NCBI GenBank assembly: GCA_038890875.1
Contig: JAWAFA010000002.1
Span: forward strand, 35,356 to 99,355
DNA length: 64,000 nt
From: Candidatus Pacearchaeota archaeon
GTDB lineage: Archaea > Nanobdellota > Nanobdellia > Pacearchaeales > JAPDKA01
Reading direction: 5' to 3'
The notes beneath the pieces were generated by a model, which saw only the letters and a list, made by a program, of their open reading frames with translations, did no database searches and had not been told where the DNA came from. Within the stretch, counting starts at the first letter, position 1. Each line of letters opens with the position of its first letter. Below, one piece after another: positions 18,507 through 28,497 of the stretch. The position numbers and the translations under genes were made by a program.

Positions 18507-21500
18507 ATGGAAAAAAACTTTGATTTTGATGTTGAGAAAGGAAATTTGTTAATAAAAAGTTATCTAAACGAATTCTCGTTAACTCAATCAAATCTAGACA
18601 GCTTCAATGATTTCTTTGAGAGGAGAATACAACAGCTAATTGAAAGTTTAAATGAGCAATTGAAGCAAGACAAATCAGAGATAGAATTAGGGAGAATATG
18701 GCTTGGAAAAGCTGAGTTTATAGAAGTTGATGGAACGAAAAAAGAGATAAAGCCCATAGAATGTAGAATAAGAAAATTAACATATACTGCTCCTCTTTTT
18801 TTAGAAATTTCTTATAAAGGAAAAGAAAAGCAAGCTATCGAAATCGCAAGAATTCCAGTGATGGTTAAAAGTAAACTTTGTAATACTTATGGTTTAAGTC
18901 CTAATGAGCTTATCGCTGTTGGCGAAGACCCGATGGATCCTGGAGGTTATTTTATTATTAATGGTAATGAGAGAGCAATTATGATGATGGAAGATTTGGC
19001 AAGTAATAATATTTTTGTTGAAGAAACTGACAAGGGGCTTAGTTTGCGTTTATTTAGCCAGCGAGATAGTTATAGGATACCATTGCAGATTTATCTCGAT
19101 AAAGAAGGAATAATTAAAGTTAATTTCTCGCGCTTTAAAGATATCCCGGCTATAATTCTAATCAAAGCGCTTGGATTAACAAAAGATGCTGAAATTGCTG
19201 AAAAAATTGGATTAGAAAATGATGAAGTTATTGTCAATATTTATGAATTTGCTGAAATAAACAGCGTCGATAGTGCATGGCAATGGTTAACAGAAAAATT
19301 TGAACTTAGCGGAACAGCTAAAGAAATTAAAGATATAATAAAAACAAGACTTGATAATGGACTTTTACCGCATATAGGCTTTAAACCTTCTGATAGGGTG
19401 AGTAAGGCAGAATTGCTTTGTAAATTGATAAAATTATTCTTGATTTATAAGCAAGAGAAGATTATGACTGATAAGGATCATTGTGCTAATAAGCGCATAA
19501 GATTGTCAGGAGACTTACTTTATGATCTTTTTAAGGCTCATCTAACATTATTTGTTAAGGATATTGAGCAAAGCATTGAGAAATATGCTCGACGAGGAAA
19601 ACTTCCTGATTTACGAACAATTGCAAAATCAATTCTATTGAGTAACCGTATTGAGTCAAGCATTGCAACAGGAAATTGGGTTGGTGAAAAAAGAGGTGTA
19701 ACTCAAAATATAGATAAAACGAATCACTTGTCAAAACTTTCACAACTTTTACGTGTTGTAAGTTTATTAAGTTCTGAGCAAGAAAACTTTCTTGCCAGAA
19801 CACTCCACCCAACACAATATGGTCGATTTTGCCCGGTTGAAACACCTGAAGGAACAAATATTGGTTTAAGAAAAAATCTTGCTCTTTTAGCAAGAGTAAC
19901 AACTGAAATTGTATTAGATCATAATAAGTTTGTCAATTTTCTTTCTAATATTGGTTTAACTGATAGAGGGGAGTATGATGTATTATGGAATGGAAAATTT
20001 ATTGGTAAATCAAATTTAGATTTTGTAAAGAATTTTAAAGAAAAAAGAAGAAAAGGGGAGATAAATAAATTTGTAAGTATAAGTTACGATTCAAGTGCAA
20101 AAATAATAAGTATATTCTCTGACGCAGGCAGAGTTGTTAGGCCATTGATAGTAGTTAAAGAAGGAAAGCCAGCGTTAACAGAAGAGCATTTAAATTTATT
20201 GCGAGAAAATAAATTAAAATTTAGTGATTTGTTAAACGCTGGTATTATTGAATTCATTGATGCTAGTGAAGAAGAAAATTCGCTGGTCGCTTTAAATGTT
20301 GAACAATTGAATAATCCTAATAATCAAGAATATGATTATCTTGAAGTAGATCCTCTAGCTATGCTTGGTGTAGTAACAGCCTTAGTTCCTTATGCGAATT
20401 GTAATCAAACATCAAGACTTAATAGGGGTAGTAAAACTCAAAAGCAGGCGCTCGGCTTATATGCAGCAAACTTTTCTTTGCTTACTGACACAGATGTACA
20501 TCTTTTGCATTATCCCCAACTTCCTCTTGTCAGAAGCATAGTTTATGATAGTGTAAAAAAGTGGCCTGCTGGTCAGAACATGATCGTAGCTGTCACTCCC
20601 TACTATTCCTACAATATTGAGGATGCAATTATTTTAAATAAAGGGAGTGTTGACAGAGCTCTTGCAAGAAGTCATTATTTCAGACCATATTCAACAGTCG
20701 AGATGCGCTATACAGGAAACTTACGTGATAGAATTTGTATCCCTGAAAAAGATGTTAAAGGCTACAAAGCTGAAAAGCTTTACAATCATCTTGAAGATGA
20801 TGGGATCGCTTATGTTGAAGAAGAGGTTGATCAAGGAGAAGTTGTTATTGGAAAAGTGAGTCCACCAAAATTCTTGATAGAGATGGAAGAATTAACAATA
20901 GAAAAAGTAAAAAAAGAAAATTCCGTGACTGTGAAAGAAGAAGAAAAAGGTATCATCGATGCAGTATTCATAAGTCTTGATGCTAATGGTGATAAAATTG
21001 TTCAAGTAAGAACTCGGGAAGAGAGAATTCCTGAAATAGGAGATAAATTTTCTAGTTACCATGGACAAAAGGGGGTGGTAGGATTTATATTTGATGAAGT
21101 TGACATGCCCTTCACAGCAAGAGGAATAAGGCCAGATGTTATTTTTAATCCACATAGTATTCCTAGCAGGATGAGTGTTGGTTATTTGCTTGAGTTACTT
21201 GCTGGGAAAACAGCTAGTTGTCTTGGTAAAATTGTTGAAGGAACGGCTTTTCGCAAACCTAATGAAGAAGAGCTTGAAAAAATGCTTCTTAAGCTTGGTT
21301 TTAGGCCAGATGGTAAAGAGATGATGATAGACCCAATTAGTGGAAGAACCTTCGAAGCCAAGATATATATTGGAAGTATGTATTATCTAAGGTTGAAATA
21401 TATGGCGGCGAACAAATTGCATGTCAGAGGGTTTGGAAAAGTTGCTCTTCTGACAAGACAACCGGTTGAAGGTAGGGCCAAAGGTGGTGGGTTAAGGCTG

Positions 21501-21773
21501 GGAGAAATGGAAAAAGATTGTCTTGTCGCTCATGGAGCAAGCTTGCTTTTAAAAGAGCGTTTTGGCAGTGATGATGTTGTAATCTATGTCTGCCAAAATT
21601 GTGGTTCTATCGGCTACAAGGACTATTTAAAAAATAAACCAGTCTGTCCTTTGTGCAACGGCAACCGTCTTGATCCTGTTGAAATAGCTTATGCTTCAAA
21701 ACTCCTTTTTGAAGAATTACAAAGTATGCATATTAAAATCGATCTTAAACTAAAAAATAAATTTGAAGAATAA
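18507..21773 (+). CDS. rpoB: DNA-directed RNA polymerase subunit B (unsplit)
   Basis: About 1088 aa from the ATG at 18507, 1 nt after the rpoH stop. Conserved Rpb2 blocks (GEMEKDCLVAHGA) and a C-terminal Zn ribbon CQNCGS...CPLCNG. Confidence 0.95.
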   Translation: MEKNFDFDVEKGNLLIKSYLNEFSLTQSNLDSFNDFFERRIQQLIESLNEQLKQDKSEIELGRIWLGKAEFIEVDGTKKEIKPIECRIRKLTYTAPLFLEISYKGKEKQAIEIARIPVMVKSKLCNTYGLSPNELIAVGEDPMDPGGYFIINGNERAIMMMEDLASNNIFVEETDKGLSLRLFSQRDSYRIPLQIYLDKEGIIKVNFSRFKDIPAIILIKALGLTKDAEIAEKIGLENDEVIVNIYEFAEINSVDSAWQWLTEKFELSGTAKEIKDIIKTRLDNGLLPHIGFKPSDRVSKAELLCKLIKLFLIYKQEKIMTDKDHCANKRIRLSGDLLYDLFKAHLTLFVKDIEQSIEKYARRGKLPDLRTIAKSILLSNRIESSIATGNWVGEKRGVTQNIDKTNHLSKLSQLLRVVSLLSSEQENFLARTLHPTQYGRFCPVETPEGTNIGLRKNLALLARVTTEIVLDHNKFVNFLSNIGLTDRGEYDVLWNGKFIGKSNLDFVKNFKEKRRKGEINKFVSISYDSSAKIISIFSDAGRVVRPLIVVKEGKPALTEEHLNLLRENKLKFSDLLNAGIIEFIDASEEENSLVALNVEQLNNPNNQEYDYLEVDPLAMLGVVTALVPYANCNQTSRLNRGSKTQKQALGLYAANFSLLTDTDVHLLHYPQLPLVRSIVYDSVKKWPAGQNMIVAVTPYYSYNIEDAIILNKGSVDRALARSHYFRPYSTVEMRYTGNLRDRICIPEKDVKGYKAEKLYNHLEDDGIAYVEEEVDQGEVVIGKVSPPKFLIEMEELTIEKVKKENSVTVKEEEKGIIDAVFISLDANGDKIVQVRTREERIPEIGDKFSSYHGQKGVVGFIFDEVDMPFTARGIRPDVIFNPHSIPSRMSVGYLLELLAGKTASCLGKIVEGTAFRKPNEEELEKMLLKLGFRPDGKEMMIDPISGRTFEAKIYIGSMYYLRLKYMAANKLHVRGFGKVALLTRQPVEGRAKGGGLRLGEMEKDCLVAHGASLLLKERFGSDDVVIYVCQNCGSIGYKDYLKNKPVCPLCNGNRLDPVEIAYASKLLFEELQSMHIKIDLKLKNKFEE

Positions 21774-24700
21774 GAACAAAATGAGATTAATGCTTCCATT
21801 AAGAAAGCAGGTAAAGGAAATAGGGTTTAGACTTTTTAGTCCCGAAGAGATAAAAAAAATAGCTAAAGTCAAAATCATAACTCCTGAACTTTATGATGTA
21901 GATGGATATCCTGTAGATGGTGGGCTCATGGATTTAAGAATGGGGGCAATTGATCCAGGGGTTAGATGTAGAACTTGTGGTGGTAGCTTCAAGGAATGCT
22001 TGGGACATTTTAGCTATATTGCTCTTGCCAGACCAGTATTGCACATAAGCTTTATTTCGATTATTGAGCTTTTCCTAAAAACAACTTGTGAAGAGTGTGG
22101 TCGAGTTTTAACAACGAAAAAGATTAGCCTTAATGAAATAAAAAAATTAAGGAGTGTAAAAAAATGTCCGCACTGTGGGGCGATTCAACAAAGAATAAAG
22201 CTTGAAAAACCATACTTTTTTTACAAAGGTCAAAACCGACTTTTTCCAACAGAAATTAGAAGTTGGTTAGCAAAGATTCCTAATGAAGACCTTTTACTTT
22301 ATGGATTTAATCCTGAAACATTTAGGCCAGAGAATGCTGTCTTAACTGTTCTTCTTGTACCTCCAGTCACAATAAGGCCATCGATTACTCTTGAAACCGG
22401 AGAAAGAAGTGAAGATGATTTAACCCATAAGATTGGTGATATCGTGAGAAGTAATCAAAGGTTAACAGAGAACATTAATGCAGGAGCACCAGAAGTTATT
22501 ATTGAAGATCTTTGGGACTTACTTCAATATCATGTAGCCACATTTATTGATAATGAAATATCACAATTACCACCAGCAAGACATAGAGGAGGGCAGCCAT
22601 TGAAAACTATAAGTGAAAGAATTAAAGGAAAAGAAGGGCATATAAGACATAATCTTGCGGGAAAGAGAGTTAATTATAGTAGCAGAAGCGTCATCAGCCC
22701 TGACCCTAATATTAATATCAATGAAGTTGGAGTTCCTTTTGAGGTAGCTAGAGTTTTAACCATTCCTGAAAAAGTTACCCAGTATAATATTGATTATTTA
22801 AAAAAACTCATCTCAAATTATCCTAACTACCCTAGTGCTGAATACATAATCAGACCAAATGGCCAGAAAAAGAAAATAACTGACGAAACAAAAGATGAAA
22901 TACTCAATGAGCTGGAGATAGGATGTATTGTTGAAAGACATATAAGAGACGGGGATGTTGTTCTTTTCAATCGCCATCCATCATTGCATAAAGCAAGTAT
23001 TATGGCACATTTTGTTAAAGTATTAAAAGGAAAAACATTCCGATTACATCCAGCAATATGTTTCCCATATAATGCTGACTTTGATGGAGATGAAATGAAT
23101 ATTCATGCTCCTCAGACAGAAGAAGCGCGAGCTGAAGCAGAAATAATTCTTAATTCAGCTAACTCACTTATAAGCCCTAAAAATAATACAAACCTAATTG
23201 GTTGCATAAGAGACGCGATAACTGGATGTTACTTATTAAGTAAAGCTAACCTAACTAAAGATGAAGCTATCCAATTATTAATCAGTTCAGGCATCGACGT
23301 TGATGAAATCGATCCTAACGATTTCGGTGAAAAAGTAGCTGGCTTGAAAGTATTTTCAGTTATATTGCCAAAAAATTTGAATTTTGAAATAAAAACAAAA
23401 GAATGTAAAGGAAGTGGTTGTGAAAATTGTAAAAAACCAGATTCCACTTGTAAGCTTGTGATAAAGAATGGTAAAGTTTTAAGAGGAGTATTTGACAGCA
23501 ACTCAATTGGAACAGAAAAAGATGGATTAATAAAAGAATTGGACAAAATACTTAGCAAAAGCGAGACAATAAAAGTGGTAAAAAGAATATTTAGTCTTGG
23601 GGTAAATTATTTAAGTAAGATCGGGTTTACTCTTGGAGTAAGTGATGTCAAACCAAATGATGTTCTTGTTAAATCATCAAATGAGATAATAAAAAAAGCT
23701 TATGCCCAATGCAATGAAGTTATAAAAAACTATAATGAGGGTAAACTTGAAATAATTCCGGGTAAGAGCTTGGAGGAAACAAGAGAAATAAAAATTATCC
23801 AAATTTTAAATGAAGCAAGAACACAGGTAGGGGAAGTTGTTAAAGAAACTATTGACGACAAAAATTCAGTCAAAGTTTTAATTACAAGTGGAGCTGGAGG
23901 AAACATATTACATCTTGTTCAGATTACTGGGTTTGTCGGACAACAAGTATTATGGGCAAAAAGAATTGGCCTCGGTTATAAAAATAGAACTTTAAGTTTC
24001 TTCAAAGCTAATGATTTAAGTCCTGAAGCGAGAGGTTTCATCGAAAGCAGCTACTTTACCTCTCTTAAACCATATGAATTTTTCTTTGCTTGTATTACCG
24101 GAAGAGATGGTCTCATGGATACTGCTTTAAGAACACCAAAATCAGGATATTTATATAGAAGGTTAGTTAATGCATTGCAAGATTTGAGAGTTGAATATGA
24201 TGGAAGTGTGAGAGACAGTGGAAGTAGATTAATCCAGTTTGTGTATGGTGAAGACGGAGTAGATGTAAGTAAGGCTCATAAGCAAGATTCAAAAATTGAA
24301 CCTGCTGAAGCTGTTGGCGTTATAACAAGCCAAAGTTTTGGTGAGCCAGCAACTCAGATGACGTTAAATGTGTTCCATTTTGCTGGGGTAAGCGAAATGC
24401 AGATTACTACAGGTTTGCCAAGACTTATCGAGATCTTTGATGCAAGAAAAACTCCAAGTACACCACAAATGGAGATATATCTTGAAAAAGAATTTAATAA
24501 CGCTGATGGGGCAAAAAAGATTGCTGAAAAAATAAAGCAAGTGCTTTTAAAAGAGGTTGTTAATGAAATAAGTGTTGATTATGCTAATAGAAAAATAAAT
24601 ATTATCCTCGATAAACAGTCCTTGAGAGAAAAAGGACTTAATATAGATAAGATTTCGGAGATGATAAAAATAAAAGATTTTAAGAAAACGGTTAAAGATA

Positions 24701-25311
24701 ATGAAATAACTTTAAGTGAGATAAGCAAAGGAAAAGAGATGCGAAAACTTTCAGAACTTTATAAAATTAAAGAAAGATTAAAAGAAACGATTGTTGGTGG
24801 TATCGAAGGAATAACACAAATTTTGATAGTTAAACGCGATCGAGATTATGTTATCTTAACTGCAGGGAGCAATTTAAAAGAAGTTTTAAAAATTAAGGGA
24901 GTTGACACTGAAAAAACATTAACGAATGATATTTTTGAAATGCAAGAAGTTTTTGGTATTGAAGCAGCAAGAGAGACGATAATAAGAGAGGTAAAGAAAG
25001 TTTTAAAAGAACAAGGTTTAGAAATTGATGAAAGGCACATTAAGTTAGTTGCTGACACTATGACATTTAATGGAGAGGTTAAGGGAACTACAAGGACAGG
25101 TATTGTTGAAGATAAAAAATCAGTCTTAGCTCGAGCAAGTTTTGAAATTCCAATAAGGCAATTTGTAAAAGCAGTTCTTGTTGGGAGCAGGGATCAGTTG
25201 ATTAGTGTGATTGAAAATATAATGCTTAACCAACCAGTTCCAGTTGGTACTGGCCTTCCTGGTTTGATGGTTAAAGTAACAGACATGAATGCTTTAGCTT
25301 TGCCCAAATAA
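21763..25311 (+). CDS. rpoA: DNA-directed RNA polymerase subunit A, with A' and A'' fused in one ORF
   Basis: N-terminal Zn motifs, catalytic NADFDGDEMN, and the A''-type block EPAEAVGVITSQSFGEPATQMTLNVFHFAG near nt 24300. No intervening stop. 1182 aa. Confidence 0.93.
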   Translation: MKNKNKMRLMLPLRKQVKEIGFRLFSPEEIKKIAKVKIITPELYDVDGYPVDGGLMDLRMGAIDPGVRCRTCGGSFKECLGHFSYIALARPVLHISFISIIELFLKTTCEECGRVLTTKKISLNEIKKLRSVKKCPHCGAIQQRIKLEKPYFFYKGQNRLFPTEIRSWLAKIPNEDLLLYGFNPETFRPENAVLTVLLVPPVTIRPSITLETGERSEDDLTHKIGDIVRSNQRLTENINAGAPEVIIEDLWDLLQYHVATFIDNEISQLPPARHRGGQPLKTISERIKGKEGHIRHNLAGKRVNYSSRSVISPDPNININEVGVPFEVARVLTIPEKVTQYNIDYLKKLISNYPNYPSAEYIIRPNGQKKKITDETKDEILNELEIGCIVERHIRDGDVVLFNRHPSLHKASIMAHFVKVLKGKTFRLHPAICFPYNADFDGDEMNIHAPQTEEARAEAEIILNSANSLISPKNNTNLIGCIRDAITGCYLLSKANLTKDEAIQLLISSGIDVDEIDPNDFGEKVAGLKVFSVILPKNLNFEIKTKECKGSGCENCKKPDSTCKLVIKNGKVLRGVFDSNSIGTEKDGLIKELDKILSKSETIKVVKRIFSLGVNYLSKIGFTLGVSDVKPNDVLVKSSNEIIKKAYAQCNEVIKNYNEGKLEIIPGKSLEETREIKIIQILNEARTQVGEVVKETIDDKNSVKVLITSGAGGNILHLVQITGFVGQQVLWAKRIGLGYKNRTLSFFKANDLSPEARGFIESSYFTSLKPYEFFFACITGRDGLMDTALRTPKSGYLYRRLVNALQDLRVEYDGSVRDSGSRLIQFVYGEDGVDVSKAHKQDSKIEPAEAVGVITSQSFGEPATQMTLNVFHFAGVSEMQITTGLPRLIEIFDARKTPSTPQMEIYLEKEFNNADGAKKIAEKIKQVLLKEVVNEISVDYANRKINIILDKQSLREKGLNIDKISEMIKIKDFKKTVKDNEITLSEISKGKEMRKLSELYKIKERLKETIVGGIEGITQILIVKRDRDYVILTAGSNLKEVLKIKGVDTEKTLTNDIFEMQEVFGIEAARETIIREVKKVLKEQGLEIDERHIKLVADTMTFNGEVKGTTRTGIVEDKKSVLARASFEIPIRQFVKAVLVGSRDQLISVIENIMLNQPVPVGTGLPGLMVKVTDMNALALPK

Positions 25312-25325
25312 AATAAAGATATAAA

Positions 25326-25661
25326 ATGGCAAAACAAGAAAAAGAAAAAATAAAAGAAAAAAAGGAAGGAATAGAGAAGAAAAAGAAAGAAGAAAGTGAA
25401 AAAAACAAAGATAAGGTAAGAAAAGAAAAAAGTGAAAAGATTATTGGATTCAAAAGAACAATAAAATTCTTGAAGCTAGGGAAAATAAAGAGTATAATTT
25501 TGGCCAAAGATTTTGAAGAGAAAAAGAAAAAAATATTGTTCGAGCTAGCAAAGGAAAAAAATGTCGAGATAGTTGAAAGTAAAAAAACAAGGCAAGAGAT
25601 TAGTGAGGAACTAAGAAAACCTTTTTATATAGGCTGTCTCGGAATTCTTAAGGAAAAGTAA
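25326..25661 (+). CDS. rpl30e: Ribosomal protein L30e with a Lys/Glu-rich N-terminal extension
   Basis: L30e/L7Ae-like core (IKFLKLGKIKSIILAKD...YIGCLGI). Canonical position between rpoA and nusA. Confidence 0.75.
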   Translation: MAKQEKEKIKEKKEGIEKKKKEESEKNKDKVRKEKSEKIIGFKRTIKFLKLGKIKSIILAKDFEEKKKKILFELAKEKNVEIVESKKTRQEISEELRKPFYIGCLGILKEK

Positions 25662-25662
25662 A

Positions 25663-26085
25663 ATGCAAATATCGAAAATTGATGCAGCGAAGATTCGCTA
25701 TCTAATTGCTTTTGAAAAGTATACAAGAATAAAGACGATTGAATGCTTTGAATTTAATGAATCATTAGTTTTTGTGATAAATCCTTCATTGCTAAAGATT
25801 GCTCTAGCAAAAAGAAAGCGCTTACAAGAGTTATCAAAATTTTTAAACAAAAAAGTTAAAGTTCTAGCCATCCCTTTACAAAAAAACGAAGAGAATATTA
25901 CAAAATTTATAGATTCTTTAATCTCTCCAAACAAAATTAAAAATGTGCAATTAAAAGACAACACTTTAATAATCAATGCAGGTCTAAGCAAAGCATTATT
26001 AATTGGAAAAGAAAGAAAGAATATTGTTTTATTAAAAGAGATTTTTAAAAAATATTTTGATATCGAAAAGATAGAAATAAAATAA
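25663..26085 (+). CDS. nusA: Archaeal NusA-like KH-domain transcription factor
   Basis: 140 aa with a two-KH architecture. Conserved operon position after rpl30e. Confidence 0.7.
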   Translation: MQISKIDAAKIRYLIAFEKYTRIKTIECFEFNESLVFVINPSLLKIALAKRKRLQELSKFLNKKVKVLAIPLQKNEENITKFIDSLISPNKIKNVQLKDNTLIINAGLSKALLIGKERKNIVLLKEIFKKYFDIEKIEIK

Positions 26086-26103
26086 GAGTATTTTATAACA
26101 ACT

Positions 26104-26811
26104 ATGAAGACTAAAGCAGCAATTCTGCTTTCTGGAGGCAAGGATAGTGTCTATGCTTATCATCAAGCAAGAGGCAAGAATATTGATATTGATACGGCAA
26201 TAATAATAATCCCTCAAAATCCTGCTTCTTGGATGTTTCATGCTATTAATGCCAAATATGCAGTGCATGTAGCTAAAGCACTAGGAATAAAGAATATCAT
26301 CACAAAAGAGACAAGTGGGATAAAAGATAAAGAGCTTGATGATTTAGAGAAAATAATAAAACAAGCAAAGGAAAAATTTAAGATTAAGATAATAGTAACT
26401 GGAGCAATTGCCAGTAAATACCAAAAGAACAATGTGGAAAAAATTCTAAAAAAGTATAAGATTGAACATTATGCACCAAGTTGGCAAAATCAAACTAATC
26501 AAGAGAATCAATATAAATATATGAAAGAGCTACTTAGTTATGGGATTAAATTTATTATCGTCGGGATTTTTTGTGAAGGTATCGATGCTAGCTATCTAGG
26601 GAAGATTATAACAAAAGATGATCTCGATAAGCTTTATGAAGCAAGTAAAAAGTATGGTTTTAACATAAGCTTTGAAGGCGGCGAAGCTGAGACTTTGGCG
26701 ATTGATGGGCCTCTTTTTAAGAAAAAGTTAAAAGTAAAAGGAAAGAAAATCAAGCTTAATAGCTATGAATGGGTCTTTGATATTGAAAATGTTAAACTAA
26801 TAGATAAATGA
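26104..26811 (+). CDS. dph6: PP-loop ATPase of the MJ0570 / diphthine-ammonia ligase (Dph6) family
   Basis: AILLSGGKDSVYAYHQA PP-loop. Size and layout match the MJ0570 family. Confidence 0.7.
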   Translation: MKTKAAILLSGGKDSVYAYHQARGKNIDIDTAIIIIPQNPASWMFHAINAKYAVHVAKALGIKNIITKETSGIKDKELDDLEKIIKQAKEKFKIKIIVTGAIASKYQKNNVEKILKKYKIEHYAPSWQNQTNQENQYKYMKELLSYGIKFIIVGIFCEGIDASYLGKIITKDDLDKLYEASKKYGFNISFEGGEAETLAIDGPLFKKKLKVKGKKIKLNSYEWVFDIENVKLIDK

Positions 26812-26819
26812 TTGATAAA

Positions 26820-27821
26820 TCAAAGCGTGCAATCTTCTAGCTTTTTATCAAAGCGCAAGCGCAAGAAGCTAGGCGCTCGAAGTTCATCCGCCCTCGTTAA
26901 CTCAAGAAACTTAACTTCAGCAATTAAACTTGGTTTGATCCATACAACCTCACTTGACGGCTTTTCCTTGTAAATTTTCTCTTGTTCTTTAGCATCAAGT
27001 ACTGAATTTTTTGTTTTTAGTTTCTTCATCATTTCATAAAGCTGGTTTAACAAAGCTTTATCAAATCCTGTTCCTACTCTACCAATATAAACAAGTTTGC
27101 CTTCTTTGTAAGCTGCCAATATCAGAGCACCAAAGTTTCTTACTTTTGAGCCAAGAGTAAAACCTACAATTATTGCGTCGATTGTGTTTAAATTTTTTAT
27201 CTTAAGCCATTCATGCGAGCGTTTAAATTCATATATTGAATCAAGACGTTTTGCCATAACTCCTTCTAAGCCTTGCTCAACAACTTTTTTCCAGAGCTCT
27301 TTTCCATTTGTGGTGTAGGGACACAGCACAATATAAGGCGAGTCTTGGATAAGAGCTTTGAGCTTTTCTTTTCTTTCATAAAGCCTTCTATTGACATAAC
27401 TCTCACCATTAACTTCAAGCAAATCAAAAACAAAAAGCGTGGCAGGAAATTTCTTGCTTCTTAACTCAATTAAAAACCTTTTATCAAGCTGCTCTCTTTG
27501 TTGTAATAAATTAAAATTTGGCTTGCCACTTTTGTCAAGCACAACAAGTTCTGCATCAAGTATGCAGTGCTTTGCCCTTATATTTTTGCCAATCTCAGCT
27601 AATTCAGGATAACGATATGTTATATCATTTTTCCTTCGGTTTATTAATCTTATCCTATTTTTATTTTTATAAACTAGCACGCGTGTTCCATCAAGCTTTG
27701 GCTCATAAATCCAGCCCTTTAAGCTAAGATCTGCCTTGCTCCCAATTTCTGCAAGCATAACATTTGTGCCACTGCCCTTGCCATTTATGCTTTTGCCATT
27801 CCTCATTTTTTCGAGACCCAA
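26820..27821 (-). CDS. ATP-dependent DNA ligase (compact, LigD-ligase-domain-like)
   Basis: Motif I YEPKLDGTR, motif IV EGVMAK, motif V WLKIK. The start is uncertain: the ORF start overlaps mpg by 19 nt, and internal Met codons lie at 27806 and 27758. Confidence 0.85.
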   Translation of the reverse strand: MGLEKMRNGKSINGKGSGTNVMLAEIGSKADLSLKGWIYEPKLDGTRVLVYKNKNRIRLINRRKNDITYRYPELAEIGKNIRAKHCILDAELVVLDKSGKPNFNLLQQREQLDKRFLIELRSKKFPATLFVFDLLEVNGESYVNRRLYERKEKLKALIQDSPYIVLCPYTTNGKELWKKVVEQGLEGVMAKRLDSIYEFKRSHEWLKIKNLNTIDAIIVGFTLGSKVRNFGALILAAYKEGKLVYIGRVGTGFDKALLNQLYEMMKKLKTKNSVLDAKEQEKIYKEKPSSEVVWIKPSLIAEVKFLELTRADELRAPSFLRLRFDKKLEDCTL

Positions 27822-28492
27822 GGATTATCTTTTATATAAAAACGCCATGGCAGATTCTTGCATTCCATTGCATACTCAATTCCAATTCGCTTGGTTGCTA
27901 CGATCTGATTTGGCTTTATTTTTTCGCCTTCAGCAAGCCAAACACGCTTACTTTTGCAAAGATCTTCACCATAAAAACTTGCATCAAGTTTAAAGTTTGT
28001 GCAAAAAAGGCCTGGCCCTTTTGCACCCTTAAAGTTTGATATTGGCTCAGCTGCTCTAATTAAAACGCACTCAGGAACTCCTTCTTGCGAGGTTGTTACA
28101 TTACACTGGTAATAGTTTCCATAGATTAAATAAATGTAAATATGTCCCCCTTTTAAATATTCGGCGATATTTCTATAGGTAACCTTTCCTTTACCTTTAA
28201 TCAACCTTAAAATAAACTTTTCTTTATTATCAACATAATTGCTTATCCTCTGAAAAGCTTTTTTTATTACTTTTAATTTTTCTTTTTCTGTTTGAATTTT
28301 TTTTGAATAAGCATGTGAAGCTTTATCATCAGGTCCAATATAAGCTTCTGTTTCCACAATTTTACCGACAAGCAATTTTCCCTTATAGTTTCGCACAAAA
28401 TATTTTCCCAGCAATTCTTTTGCAGCTTTTAAAGTCGGTTGCATATAAAAACTTCGCCCAAGCCTTTGAAAGTAAATACTTGATGTTTGCAT
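27803..28492 (-). CDS. mpg: 3-methyladenine (alkylpurine) DNA glycosylase, AAG/Mpg family
   Basis: LLGKYFV...GKIVETEAYIGPDDKASHAY...GGHIYIYLIYG. It carries an insertion of ~40 aa after ASHAY. Confidence 0.85.
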   Translation of the reverse strand: MQTSSIYFQRLGRSFYMQPTLKAAKELLGKYFVRNYKGKLLVGKIVETEAYIGPDDKASHAYSKKIQTEKEKLKVIKKAFQRISNYVDNKEKFILRLIKGKGKVTYRNIAEYLKGGHIYIYLIYGNYYQCNVTTSQEGVPECVLIRAAEPISNFKGAKGPGLFCTNFKLDASFYGEDLCKSKRVWLAEGEKIKPNQIVATKRIGIEYAMECKNLPWRFYIKDNPWVSKK

Positions 28493-28497
28493 CTTTT

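Noticed and set aside
25326-25450. Purine-rich (A/G) repetitive DNA here and at 28495..28560, 36030..36080 and 54493..54550, considered as possible repeat elements.
   Set aside because: They are in-frame Lys/Glu-rich low-complexity tails of unrelated proteins (L30e N-terminus, Ku C-terminus, GluRS C-terminus, ORF 54493 N-terminus). This is a proteome-wide compositional trait, not mobile or tandem-repeat elements.
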